Translations under genes and position numbers: made by a program
NCBI GenBank assembly: GCA_002633005.1
Contig: NMRA01000937.1
Location: forward strand, 1 to 64,000
DNA from: Phoronis australis
Taxonomy: Eukaryota; Animalia; Phoronida
DNA length: 64,000 nt
Direction of reading: 5' to 3'
Notes under the pieces: model-generated
The model's database searches: none
Told to the model about the DNA's origin: nothing
The model's input: only the letters and a program-made list of their open reading frames with translations
Shown here: positions 13,899 to 27,318 of the stretch, in pieces
Position numbering within the stretch: position 1 is the first letter of the stretch
How the letters are laid out: each line of letters opens with the position of its first letter

Positions 13899-14471
13899 CC
13901 ATGCATGGTGATTGTGACTGATGAGCCAAGACCACACTGATCTTAAAGACCAGTGAGAAATGTGCCAGGTTACTTTGTTTGAGTGCTATTCTAACTTGTT
14001 GAATATTCACCACAAATATGACATTGCGACTGCCTGGTCTAGTTGAATATTCATAAAAGAAATGCTGTGTCGGGGTCTGGTTATTCAGCAATGTGGGCAG
14101 TATCATCGTCAATATCCCATGAACTTCTCATACTGTGTGTGATCTTAATTTCCCGGTGTACACAATGTAGTCTAACTAGCAATTTAAATGCAGAAATAAC
14201 CGAAACAAGCAGCACTTGTCACATGTGTTGCTTAACTGTGCATGTGTGTGATTCCATTGAATGTAAGGGAATGCATGTGAATGTATAATGCCTTGCAGTT
14301 TGTGAAGTACTTGATTCATAAGTGGTCACTAGGTTCTTTACTCTACAGTTTATGCCTTCATAATACATACTGTTCTTGGGCAGTGTCCAAGTCTTGATCA
14401 CATCTTGCCCAGATATGTTAATTCAATTTCTGGGTAGTAATGACATATTTTGTATTTATCTATACTATTGA

Positions 14472-14477
14472 AATAAA
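14472..14477 (+). terminator. Probable NAE1 polyadenylation signal (AATAAA)
   Basis: AATAAA ~570 bp after the stop codon, followed by a GT/T-rich tract. Confidence 0.55.
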
Positions 14478-14861
14478 ATGTAAAAAACCATGTGTTTTTG
14501 GGCAGTGTCCGTCTTGATAGTTTTCTTGGGCAGCTCCTCTGTCATTATCATGTGTTAAAGGGCTGGGCACCTCCATGGGTTAGAGTGCTTGTTGCACTAG
14601 TTTATCTCTACTCATACATCAATGTCTGTTGCAATACAGTTTGTGTTTTGAGCCATAAAATGGTAAAATTCACCTGCCGTACTAGAACACCGAGCAATTT
14701 CTTTTACAGGTGTAACTCTGTCAAAGATTCATTTATGGACTTGTGCTACAATGAACATTTGATTGCACGTATTATTTCATGAATGAATTAGGTTGTAAAC
14801 AGAACCGTTGTTCGCAAATATAACCTTTGGCTAAAAAAACACGACTGATAATAATAATCCA

Positions 14862-14867
14862 TTTATT
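14862..14867 (-). terminator. Probable polyadenylation signal of the RNF gene
   Basis: TTTATT on + strand, ~930 bp beyond the RNF stop codon; convergent with NAE1. Confidence 0.4.
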
Positions 14868-15798
14868 ATTTGAGAGTACATTACACAAAGTCACAACAAC
14901 AATAAATAGCATTCACACTATAAACAAGACTGTCAGCGTTAACCACAATGAAATGAACATACAGTGTCCGCTTACCAACATTTTAAAACAACACACACGA
15001 TTCATTGATGAAGTAACTTCATACGATGGATAAATGAATTCTACCAGTTTCTTCAAAACATCACTTTTCAGAAACTGCAATGCTAAAAAATGCTATTAGA
15101 TTTTCACTATACATTACTTGATAAAAACAATTCTTATATTGGAGAGCCCTTCCTATTTATCATGAAACAGAATTTCACTGTTCATGGATGTTATGTAATA
15201 AACTACGCAAGCGTACAGCATACAAACCACTTCACGTGGTGATACAAATTAGCAAATAGTACAAAAATCTGAGAATGCAGTTTGCCAAGAACTGAAGACT
15301 GACCCAAGTTGCTGGGGTTCTCGTTCTATAAAGAAAATATGTCACTGCAAGGGTCAGCTGAACTCAGGAGTCAGTGTCAAGGCATACCTCTTGATTTTTG
15401 CTCCTAATATTCAAATTGAGAAATGAATGTAATTCATAAATGTATTTGCAATAGGAAATTGTTGACGGTATACCATTATTGACTTTCACTGAGGTCAATA
15501 TAGGAGTTTTCAGGCCCCAAAAATGTGACAATGGCAGATTAGTAAGAAGTAAAAAATCAAATTCTGCAAGCTTTCTACTTTCAGAAAGATATATATTTTA
15601 TTGAGTTAAAATCTAGAGTAGCTACATATTATGCAGACTTGTCAGCATGGTCCTACACAGTGTTAAGTATTTATATGATAACTTCAAGATTATGTACATT
15701 TTAAGCAAGAATACTTGGCCTTTTATGCCAGATTCATGGAGGGCGTTTGTACGCATCAGCATTATCATTCGAGCCTGTTCTGAACAAGCTTCAGCCAT

Positions 15799-18700
15799 TT
15801 ATTGGTCAAAGAGGGATTCTTCCACAACACGACTCAGAGTGGTTTCTTCGTCTTCATCATATTTCTGAAGTGAAACAAATCAAGGTTTGGAAACAATATG
15901 GCTGCTGCAGTCATGAACATAGTTCATCACATATAAATATGGGTGATGGGCCTAATAAATTCAGTTCACTGACTCACAAACTAGTCCATGCATTCAAAAA
16001 CACTGCTCACCAACCGCCAAACACAGTGGTTTACTAATGATACATGGCTTATACACCCCAAAACACACTTAACCGACGCAAAAACTTGTGGTCTGACTCA
16101 CAAACACAGATTCAACGTTCCTGTACTGCTGTGTTTGGTGGTCAGTAAGTCATTTTTGTTGGAGGCTGTGTTTTTTGGGAGTGAAAACCATGTTTTGCGT
16201 TGCGATTCCGGCACTGTATACGATGGTCAGTGTACCGTGTTGGAGACTTGGCCCATTTTGTCATGGTACATCGTCCCGACTAGCCAATTCACCAACTTAT
16301 GATCGTTGAAATTCCTGAGCAAATCGCAAGGTTTCGTTTAGCAGATGCCATACCAAGTCAAACCCACACACAAAACTGATGGTGTTAATAAGATGAGAGT
16401 TGCATGACATTTTCACTTTAATTTGCACTCTGTTGTACAACTGATTGACCCCACTGCATTGTTTATGATTCCAAGTCATTTGGCCTTTGTTTGATAATTG
16501 CCCAACAGTCACGTTGCCTTGCCAAGCCTAGCTGCACTAATAAATGATGAAATTATGGAAATTTCAAATCAGCTAATAGCCATTCCATTAAATGCCAATG
16601 GTTTTTAATTTTTTAATCAAACAAATCCATCATTGAGAAGCAACATTAAAGTAGACACTGCATGCTAATTTCTTATCTCTGTCACTGTTTGGCCAAAGTA
16701 GTTAGAAACAAAACATATAGCGATGACGTGAATATGAAGTAAATTGAAAATTGCCATTTGTTTTAACAATGAGGTTTGGGGCGAAAATGATCTGCTGCAA
16801 ATAACTGCACCATGTCTAGTAAGTATCGTAATGTGATGCCGGGGAATACCACTGCATGATGTGGGCTATGTGAGCCTGCGAGGTACGTCACTGATGCAAA
16901 AGTCAACCGTTTGCAGAATTTTTTGGTTTCACATTCACAAATTGTCAGTGAATACAACTGCACTTTGTTAAGCGTAGATTAAGTTAAACTGGGATTGTTG
17001 TTTAGTTCCTGCTATACAATACCATAGTTACAAGCATGCAAATACATCTGTAAGAAAGTAATATCACTAAATTCAGGTAGATAATAGGATGGTCTTGGAT
17101 AGAAATCTCCCTTGTATTGGAGGCAGGAAAACATGTTGTTACATTGACCTCATTTTGGAGATGTCTATCTGTTTCTACAAATCCGGTTGAAAATATTGCA
17201 TCCATTTTATACATTTAAACCAAAAAACATTTTCATTATTAATAAGTTTCCTCAAGTTCATAAATATATATACCGTAGTATATCTCGATGGTCGACCCAT
17301 CAAATTTTATGGAAAAATGCACCCAGAAATATAATTGTAAGCTCTACATAGGACGTAACCTGCTCACAAATTGGTTTCCATCCACAAGTAACGTCACATC
17401 ATTTTTCGTTTGTGACAGCACTTCCATCTGATTTTTGCTTGATACGAAAATGCTGAACCAATTAAGAAAGTTGTCCTAAGCAAAAGTTGTGGTGTCCACA
17501 TAATTTTGGTGTAGTTTAACTTCAAGAATTAAAACTTCTGAACCGTTACATTTGGTCTTGCGATTTAACACAGGTCAGTGATCGGAATATGAAAGTAACT
17601 ACTTCTTTCCAGTCGTTTTTAAAAATGGTACTTACAACAAAAAGGTCATAGTCAAACTGGTGTCTTGTCTTCAAGTGACTACGAAAGTCTGCACTGACTT
17701 GATTGGGATTACCCCATGGCTGAGCAGCACAGATAGGACATACCTGCAATTACAATGACCTACATGATTATCAACGTCAGCGTCATCAAAAGGAATGCGG
17801 AGTGTTGATATACACCCACAGCATGCATTGCATACAGTACAGTTACAAAAGATTATCATTATTATAAACACTCCCACTAAAGGATGGAATGCCACTAAAC
17901 TTCATAGCCTCTAGGAGGTGCAATGCAAGTCAGAAATGCTGTCCTCAATAGGAATACAGTGTCCAATTATCATGAACATCTACCAAGGAACTTGGTCAAT
18001 ATGAAAGTAAACGCAAAGAAAAACAAAATTCCACTCGGCGACTTTACAGAATTGTCTCAAAAATCCACATCAGTTGTACTGTCATCAATAGAAACACATG
18101 CCAAATTTCATGAATATTCATCAAGCAACTTGTACTGAGCCAGACAAAAAATAAGATAATTGCCACAAGAGGGTGCCACAGCAGTCACACCCATTCAAAA
18201 ATTATTGTCAGCTATGCACTTCCCAGACAGAACACAGTGTCAATTTTCATCTTTAAAGTCATTTGGTCAAGAGCGAGGCAGACGCCAAAAAACAGACTCA
18301 AAGATAGTAAAAATGGCCCCTAGTTGGCATATAATACATCAAATCCATCCGAAAAAGGAAAGGTATTGTTGTCACTTCAATAGCAACCTAATTGCCAAGT
18401 TTCATATAAATCCTTTCAGGAACATCAAAGATAAAATACGGAGGAAAACAGAAAAAAATTGCCTTTAGTGGATGCAACAATAATAGGATTTGTCTGAAGA
18501 GTTATCATTATTCGTTGCCACTTTCTTAGAAATACAACAACAAAGATCCTGCCTGAAGTTTAGGAGATACAGCCTCGGATGAGAAAAAAAAACTGCCAAT
18601 AAGGGTTGCCGAAATAGTCGGAGCCAACCAAGAATCATCAGCCGTACACTTCCTACTTTGCCAGTTTTTATAATGCTCATTGAAGTGGTTTGTCAAATAC

Positions 18701-21700
18701 AGACCGACACTAAAAGCCCAGACTCGAAAATACTAAATATGTACAATTCATTGAATCTATTGGAAAATTGGAAGATGTCATCGTCTGTTTAATAGAAACC
18801 TATTTGCTTAAGTCCAAGAAAATATGTCAGGGAATTACAGAGGAAATCATGAAAGCAAATTACCACTAGGGGACACACCAAAAGCCGGATCCATCCAAAA
18901 ATCTATGATAGAAACATGTCTGAAAATTTTCATGAAAACCCATGAAGTGGGTTTTTCAAATACAGCAGCGGATGCCAGACGACAGACATGATGGCACAAA
19001 AAGCATCTGATCTGCCACATCTTTATTTCCATCAAAATTACGGAATGCAACAAGAGTGTGAATGGATCTGAACACCACTGAAGAAGTGACAGATTAACAA
19101 CCCATTTAAGAACTGACCAGTGTGCTAAGCTCATAAAGTGAGGCTCAGACGTGGATCAGCCAATGAGGAGAGACAAGACAAGTATTGGGATGTATGGGGT
19201 CTGCATGAATGACACATAATGTGATCTGACCCGTATAATAACATGCTAGTTAACAAATATGACTTAGATAAATTTAAGTTTTAGGTTAAATTTCATTTAT
19301 GACGTCCATATATGTACATCGTGTGATCTGACGAGGAGAAAAAAGGAGGAGGCAGAAAGCAACGTTGGTTAATTTCATTTATTGATGAAGATGTATTACA
19401 GACTCCATCCTTGACTAGGATTTTTACAGTTGTATACTAACCACTCTTTCATTGTTGCTACTGTGCTCTGTTTCAACATGCTCTATCAAAGCATGGTTGT
19501 CCATGTTCTGGGCTGCACAATATGGGCACTTGAAGGTAGAACGGTTAGGCTGGGCCCTGGAATGAGAATAACGAACAAACCTAAAGTACATATCAAAATA
19601 GAGATACTCTTCGAAGGTTATTTTCAGTGATTATTTTTGTACATTACTTCAAGTAGTTTAATTATTTTATGAACATGAACATATTGTAAATGTATTCAAA
19701 TATTCATTCAAAATGCAAACTGGCCGTGGTACGCTCTTTGGACACGCTATTATGACCAATATGAATAGGCTAGTCCATTGAAAGTGCGAAAAATGAAAAT
19801 AAAGCCCTTGATTCGCTAGTCAACTCTTATCTCAATGTCACCAGTTAATGTGTACTGGGGAAACGTCCATTTCCAAAAATGATTTTGCACACACAAAAAG
19901 CCCAAAGGGGGCTCTTTCGGAAAAAAGTGGTGATGCTCTTTTGGAAACTTGTATTTTGTCCTCATTCAGCAGTGAGTTTTGAAAGTGCTATAAGCAGGAA
20001 TGTGACTGTAATTGAGATAAGGAAAGTCAATTAACTTTAGTTGACTTGAAATACTAGTCAGGTTTCATTTCATTGGCGAACTGGCTACTATAAGAGCAGT
20101 CCGGCTATGGTTGACAAGTATCAATCAACTTGAAGTATTTTGATGGTCATTTTAAGGAACAAATTTGAGAAAAATAATAACATTTTACCCCATTTCCCAA
20201 ATCTTCGTGCTGTGCCAAAAAATTCAAAACAAACTCGAAAGAGCCCCCACGGGAGCCTTTTTGATCTTTGTTTCTGAAAGAGTCCTCATGGGGACTTTAT
20301 GTTGTTGGGGTTCTTTCGGAAATACCCAGTATGGGCATAATATCGCATGTAGTCTGCCGAACAAACACATGCGTCTTGTTTAGGAATTTTGACCGTCCTG
20401 AGTAAGTGAGCCAGCTACTTGGGATGGTCCATCATGGCGAAATGGCATAATGATTATGTATCACAACTTGTTTGACAAAATTGTGAACTACCAATTAACA
20501 AGATGACTAAAATAATTCATGTTTAGTTTTCACTGTTTTAATTAAATACAAAACAAATTTTATCTTATTGAAGGACTGGTCAGGGACCATTGAAAGGATG
20601 GCAGAAGAATGATAACAAACAAGACTTCCCAGGATAATTTAGCGTAACACTAAATCCATTAGCTTGAAAAAAACGCTGGCCACAGTGGCAAAATGTGGCA
20701 CATGTGAACAGTAGACAAAGTTAGTAATGTTAAGATTATACCTGGGCCGAGTTAAACCTCTTTCAGGTAAGGTCCAACCAATTCGGCCACGTTGTCGGCG
20801 ACCAGATTTCTGTTGCTCACAGCTCGCTTGATGTTGGGTAAAATTCCTAAGGGGAATCTAAATACAGAGTATAAAACATGCATTTCACATTTGCGAATTA
20901 TTACAGATTTAAACCATTACAACTTTCCCTCATTTTGAGCAGTGGAGAAATTGCGATAAGATCTGAACTGTATTGTTAAGCATTCCAGGCAGCCCGTTAT
21001 CTACTCTCAAAATACAAAACCTTTATATACCGAGACCAACTCAATGAAACTACATAGTGATACCTACGTTTGATTCTCCATGGGTATTTGTGATTCAAAA
21101 ATTAAAATCATAAGCAATTGCTGAGGAATTCAAAGTTACAATTAGCTGACCTTGATTTTCAAAGTCACATAATTTCATTCTTTATTTTAACAGGATGGTA
21201 CAACCAGGATCAGTAAGATTAGGTGACATTAGGTCAATTATCAAACAAAGTTTAAGCTGGTTAAGGGTTGTGGTCTTACAAGGGCAGACCCAAATGTGCA
21301 CATAGCGTTCCAATTTACTTCCGTTTTGATGCATTACGGGATAGATCGGCATTGACGGCTGTGTTGTACTGAATTTTTAAACATTAAAATTCATTCCGAC
21401 AAATTTGACAATATCACACGGTGGGTAACAAAAAGATAGAGAACACTACATATCTCAAACAGTCAACTTACACATTTACACTGACAGCTCCAACGCAGCA
21501 TCTTATGTTTGCAAGGAACAACCCACACATAGTTTCTCTTAAGGTAAATGAGGTCACTAAATTCCCATTCACAGACAAACTTACCCTAGAACAACTTGCA
21601 CTAGTGCAACTTACCCCATTTTAAGTGGAGCATCCACACACGCACACACATCAGATATCGAGCGCAAGGCAGAAGTTGTCATTTTGTGCTTGACAATGAA

Positions 21701-24700
21701 TAGTTGATGACAATACGGTACATAAAAGCCCCGTCTATATGTAACTGCAGCTATCAATTACTTCCGCCTTGACCCAGGTTTGTGGCCACACAGCGATTAG
21801 AAGTGGCGAAAGCTGTCCTAGCACAAGTTAATCTACCACGATAAGTTTGTCAAAAGTGGGGTAAGTTGCGCTAGCTTAAATAGCGTCCACACAGCATGTA
21901 ACCTAGCAACTTGTTCCAGGAATAACTTGTTCTAGTGCAAGTCTATGTGTGGATGACACTTAAGGAATTGAGCTGCATGGAGATGAGTGTGAGTCATTTG
22001 AACAAGAAACGTTTGACATGCCATTACTGTAAACTTCACAAACCTGTTGTGAGCATGTTGGACACTGAGCACTACGGTACCTCACATCACGCTCTATATT
22101 GACAGACTTTTTCTTGACACCACCACTGAAGCCCTGTCTGCAGACTGGACATAGGGAATTGCCATGTTTCTCAATTCCAGTCAAACAAGATTGGCAAAGA
22201 CTGGAAATATAGACTGTTGTTGCACCACATGGATAATACTAGAGCTTGTGCTGTGTAAACTACTCATAAATAGTACGTATACCTTCTGTTTTAACTCCTT
22301 ATTTCCAATAAAGGGAAAGATACAATGGCCAGCCACTTTATGACTAGATTCTGTGAAAAAAAAAATTGTGAACAGCCACAAAATAACAGAAACTTGCCGA
22401 AATGTCAGGATTCCGCATTTGGTGATGTCATAGGTTCAATTGAGTCAGCCATGTGCTTTAGACCCAGGTTAATGCTTAGGCAAAACTACTGCATTTTGAG
22501 AGACACATAGACTTTTGTTGTAGGAACACACAAAAAACAGATACAGACTACTGAAGGAGGAACCGCATATATTTTGACCAAAACCAATTTATTTTTTGAA
22601 ATACCACCATAGTTGACCAAAGTATGAAACTACAAGGTTTTGAGTCAGGAAGCATTGTAATACATTCCATGGATTTCATTATGCGTACTCGCCAACCATA
22701 CCACTTTTGGTAGAAATGTCCTGCCTTTTGAAAGATCAGAATGCCCTGCTCTTTGACACACGCGACAAAACTAGTGTAACCGCATATTTTTGTTCACCCA
22801 TGCAACTTAGCCCTATGATCTCCTTTACAAGCACACTAAAAAAAATACCGGTATTATTTCTGGGTGCTGTTACAATGGACTTTTGTCCTTTGTGGTATGG
22901 CCTTCAAGGTGTCCTACTTTTTCATTTTCAAATGTTGGCAACTATGCATTATGAATTGAATGAACCGTAAACCCCAAAAAAGGTGTAAATTTTCCAAGAA
23001 CACTGAGAACACGTTGGATAGGAATGTCAAGGCAGGCAAGTGTGAGACTTGTCAGCTCAGCAATCATCTTGCCAGTACAAGAGAAATTAGAGAATCCCAG
23101 ACAAAACTGTACAAGTTTTAGAAGAATGAAACACATAGCGAGTGATTTCAAACATAACAAGGTCAGTAGAAACAATCATGTTTACAGAAAGCAATAGAGG
23201 AATCTTGCCAAAATGTCTGATCCCAGATGTGGTGACATCACAAGTTCACTTGGGCCAGTCACCGCAGGACTTATTACCAGTCAAGCCAATCCTCAGGTAA
23301 AACTACTGCTTTTTGAGCTGGATGAATAGTGCTTGAATTAGTTTAAGAGCGCAAAAAAGCTCTGCAAACTAGAGCAACTGCATATAACACGATGATGATG
23401 ACACGTGACCATGAGAAAAAATACTATAATGACATTGATCAAAACATCAAAGTCACCTTGTTATAAGTACCTTTTGTGCATAGAGGGACATCATGTCAGG
23501 CCGTTGATGTCTTTAATTCCTTCCAACTTGAACAAATACTGCCCTAATCAAACCTTTTTTGAGCAGTCCTTTGTTCAGTTGCCTAAACTGGCAACTGACC
23601 ATGTTTAACACTACGCACAGCAGGTTGTATGACATCATATCCCCTGGCGTGCGCAGTGCAATAATGGCCAGATACCGATTTTAGGAACTGAACAAAGCAC
23701 TGCTCAAAGAAAAGGTTTGATAACGGGAGTTGGAAGAAATTAAAGACATCGATAGCCTCTTACGCTAAGATGTCCTTCTATGGCTCTATGCGCATAAGGT
23801 ATCTACAACAACGTGACTTTGGAAGTTTGGTGTTTTAGTCAGTGTAAGGTATAATTCACCGAGAAGCTTCCGGTGTATGACGCGCCAATAGGAGCTACAC
23901 CATCTCTATTGAGCCAGCTAGAGATGGTGGTAACTGTCTAGCTCCCTACTAAACAATGTACATCGTCTCTGCTGGCGCAGCCAGGCGCTTAATATGCCGG
24001 AAACTTTGTCAGCGAATTATGCTTTGCACTAACTAAAACAACAAAATCACGTTGTTATTAATACCTTTTGCGCATGGAGAAACACCTTAGGAGGTCATCG
24101 ATGTATTTAATTCCTTCCAACTCGAACAAATACTCTCGTTACCAAACTTTTTCTTTGAGCAGTCCCTCGTTCAGTTCCAAAAATCGGCAACTTGATCGCC
24201 ATTTTCACACTGCACACACTAGGGAATACATACTTCATGCCACTTGCGCAGTGTTAAAAATGGCGACTTGCCAATTTTAAGAACTGAACGAGGGACTGCT
24301 CCAAGAAAAAATTTGATAACGGGAGTATTTGTTCGAGTTGGAGCGAATTAAATACATCGACGACCTCCTAAAGTGTCCCTCTATACGCAAAAGGTATTTT
24401 GGTGTTTTAGTTAGTGCGAGGCATAATTTGCCGAAAAGCTTCCGGCGTATGAAGCGCCTATAGGAGCTCCATCGTCTCTGCTGGTAGAGACAATAGTCTA
24501 TGTCTAGCCAGTCAGCTAGCTGTATGAAGACTGTCGTCAAAATACAGCTAGGTACCACTGTGTGTATTTCTTCCGTAGACCCCGAAATTGCACGCAGCCA
24601 AGGTAGTTCTGCTCGTCACAGCGCCGTGAAACTTGTATCGAAATGTAAAGCTAAAGACCGGACGGGGTGCATGCAAAATCTGGGAACCAACCGATACTCA

Positions 24701-25390
24701 CCTTGCCCGTTACAGCCGTTTACGTGAAAAACAATGCAATAAACGTCATTTTCTTGCGTAACTCTCCGCCTATTCTCACAATGAAAAGTATGTCGTTTTG
24801 AAAACAATACGCTCGTGTCACGCGCACGCGCCGTTTCCTAAATTTTCGCGACAACTTCGGAGAAACAAAATTTCTTCTGAAATTCGGTTTTTCGGTATCG
24901 AAACTCTAAAAACTTGTAATGACGTGAAACCAGTTCCAATAATTTGTTGTGACGTGTACGCAGGCTTGTGAAAGAACAGCAGTTGATTGAAGAATCGGCA
25001 AAAAAAGAAACTGGCGAATAGGTGACGCAATATTTCATGGCGCCAAAAGCCGTCGCTAAAGATCGCTTCACAACTTTAGCAGCAGAATAACGCCGGTAGA
25101 ACGCCATTTTTTCCAACATAATTTTGTTTACTCAAGGAAGACTGTAGTTTTTAACTACACTAATTTTGTGTCAGATTTTATCTCACCACTTTTTTACCCA
25201 CATCGGTCCAAAGCTGTATATTTATATACAGCTTTGTACCAAGGCTAGTCTAGCTCCCTACACTACAGTCATCAGTTATCACTCAGACAGACACTTACAC
25301 GTGGCTGCACGATATCTCTATTGGGTCTTTGTAAACTTCCAAACATACTGGACACTGGTAATCTTTGAAGTCAACTGATGAATACGCCAT
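15799..25390 (-). CDS. RNF114/RNF166 (RNF125/RNF138 family) E3 ubiquitin ligase: RING, C2HC, two C2H2 fingers, C-terminal UIM; ~217 aa
   Basis: Minus-strand exons: 25390-25299 ([31 protein letters not shown]), 22200-22044 (LCQSCL...CPVCRQ...CPTCSQQ), 20857-20742 ([13 protein letters not shown]...), 19556-19442 ([11 protein letters not shown]...HVETEH), 17743-17636 ([36 protein letters not shown]), 15864-15799 ([21 protein letters not shown]). GT-AG, phases match, 654 nt. Probably co-orthologous to the four vertebrate paralogues, so no single symbol is given. Confidence 0.93.
17785..19000 (+). mobile_element. Degenerate DINE-1/HINE-like non-autonomous repeat
   Basis: Head gcggagtgttgatatacacccacagcatgcattgca resembles the heads of the copies at 37406(-) and 59958(+). 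Internal ccaaatttcatg, ccactagggg and gtttaggagata motifs are shared with those copies. Confidence 0.5.
19853..20331. mobile_element. TA-bounded MITE with imperfect terminal and subterminal inverted repeats
   Basis: Ends tactggg...cccagta. Subterminal gggggctctttcg pairs with cgaaagagccccc. Confidence 0.5.
21562..21960. mobile_element. Degenerate MITE with nested inverted repeats
   Basis: gcaacttaccccatttt pairs with aaaagtggggtaagttgc; ctagaacaa pairs with ttgttctag; catccacaca pairs with tgtgtggatg. Confidence 0.5.
23435..24460. mobile_element. Two adjacent ~450-500 bp foldback (palindromic) elements of one family
   Basis: Arms of ~200-230 bp centred near 23630 and 24230. Example: gatgtatttaattccttccaactcgaacaaatact pairs with agtatttgttcgagttggagcgaattaaatacatc. 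Confidence 0.85.
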
Positions 25391-25429
25391 AGTCGTCTGA
25401 AATCTTCCACAAAATTACGACCATGGATA

Positions 25430-25547
25430 GGATTTTTCTCGGAAATTTCGCCGGGTAATTCCCTTGTGACGTCCGACTTTCCATTTTCTAGCTGGTTCCT
25501 GAGTGTACGCTAGGGACTTTCCCCCTAGCGGACACGCAGGGAACCAG
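25430..25547 (-). promoter_or_regulatory. RNF gene promoter/5'UTR region with kB-like motifs and a TGACGT site
   Basis: GGGTAATTCCC 25453-25463, TGACGT 25467-25472 and GGGACTTTCC 25513-25522, all within ~135 bp of the ATG at 25390. Confidence 0.45.
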
Positions 25548-25628
25548 TGGGTTCCCATTTTAGCATTTTAGAGAGTTTTCTACCTTCTTTCCACGAGAGT
25601 ACAAGTTTTCTTCCAAAATTGTGCAAGG

Positions 25629-27318
25629 GGTGATCGCCTTAGAATTTGTTATGTCTGTGAAAAATAATACATTTTTAGACACAATTAATGCCAAATATTC
25701 CACATAAAGTGTCTGAATAACTAAAAATCAAATGCATCTCTTTATTTTTTTCTTCCTTTGTGTTTCACTATTTGTGCAGAAAACCTTGTGTAAAATATGT
25801 TCCCATAATGATAATGGACTTGCCCACTAAAATTGTAGTTCTCGGTTTCTCAGACATTGGGAAGCGTGATACTCGTTGTTTAGCCAAGTTAGTGGGAAAT
25901 TATTGGGACTGCTGTTTGCTTTACACAGAAACACGTAAGTCGTAATTTCTAATACATATGGTTTCCTTAATCATTTGAATCCATACCGTTAGCTATCCAG
26001 TCATCAACTGCTGTGTCAATTTGTAATTCTAAACACACTTATGACTTATATCAAATGGCCACACGCCATGCAGAGGCAGTTTGGAACTTTGGATCTGACT
26101 TGACACGGGACTATAAAAATACAGCGTGGGTACAAAACTAACCGTTGTCGTGCTCCTGAATTTGGGCATTTGACAGTTCTGGATCACTTATCAAACCAAT
26201 GTCCTGGTGAGCGCCTGCTAGTATTTGAAAAATCTATAGTAGGACGGTGATAGTCGCTTAGATGGGTCCCTCATTTAGAAGTGATATGAGAACCAGTTAC
26301 TCCCATTGGTTATTCAGTGGGAGTAACCGGTTCTCAAATCAATTTTAATTGAGGACCCACTTGTCCGATTATTACAGGCTGGTGGCAGGAAATTTCTTCT
26401 TTCTGTCTTAAAATCCTTAGTAATCAAATCAGTAGGTATTCTAATTTGTGTTTCTCTTGTCTGGCAATCAATNGGTGATCGCCTTAGAATTTGTTATGTC
26501 TGTGAAAAATAATACATTTTTAGACACAATTAATGCCAAATATTCCTACATAAAGTGTCTGAATAACTAAAAATCAAATGCATCTCTTTATTTTTTTCTT
26601 CCTTTGTGTTTCACTATTTGTGCAGAAAACCTTGTGTAAAATATGTTCCCATAATGATAATGGACTTGCCCACTAAAATTGTAGATCTCGGTTTCTCAGA
26701 CATTGGGAAGCGTGATACTCATTGTTTAGCCAAGTTAGTGGGAAATTATTGGGACTGCTGTTTGCTTTACACAGAAACACGTAAGTCGTAATTTCTAATA
26801 CATATGGTTTCCTTAATCATTTGAATCCATACCGTTAGCTATCCAATCATCAACTGCTGTGTCAATTTGTAATTCTAAACACACTTATGACTTATATCAA
26901 ATGGCCACACGCCATGCAGAGGCAGTTTGGAACTTTGGATCTGACTTGACACGGGACTATAAAAATACAGCGTGGGTACAAAACTAACCGTTGTCGTGCT
27001 CCTGAATTTGGGCATTTGACAGTTCTGGATCACTTATCAAACCAATGTCCTGGTGAGCGCCTGCTAGTATTTGAAAAATCTATAGTAGGACGGTGATAGT
27101 CGCTTAGATGGGTCCCTCATTTAGAAGTGATATGAGAACCAGTTACTCCCATTGGTTATTCAGTGGGAGTAACCGGTTCTCAAATCAATTTTAATTGAGG
27201 ACCCACTTGTCCGATTATTACAGGCTGGTGGCAGGAAATTTCTTCTTTCTGTCTTAAAATCCTTAGTAATCAAATCAGTAGGTATTCTAATTTGTGTTTC
27301 TCTTGTCTGGCAATCAAT
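25629..27318. repeat. ~845-bp direct duplication around a single N (26473); probable assembly overlap
   Basis: 25629-26472 is nearly identical to 26474-27318, and the junction is exactly the N. Confidence 0.9.
26263..26359. repeat. ~95-bp hairpin (second copy at 27109-27205)
   Basis: tgggtcc...tgagaaccagttactcccattg pairs with cagtgggagtaaccggttctca...ggaccca. Confidence 0.75.

Noticed and set aside
14372-14520. Short direct repeat (ttgggcagtgtcc..tcttgat) on both sides of the NAE1 polyA signal
   Set aside because: Only ~25 bp in two copies; no evidence of function.
24068-24558. Opposite-strand ORFs with similar peptides ([21 protein letters not shown])
   Set aside because: Similarity follows from the palindromic element; no transposase motifs.
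25760-26791. Pair of near-identical 61-aa ORFs suggesting duplicated genes
   Set aside because: They lie in the N-centred duplication, start at GTG and have no protein features.
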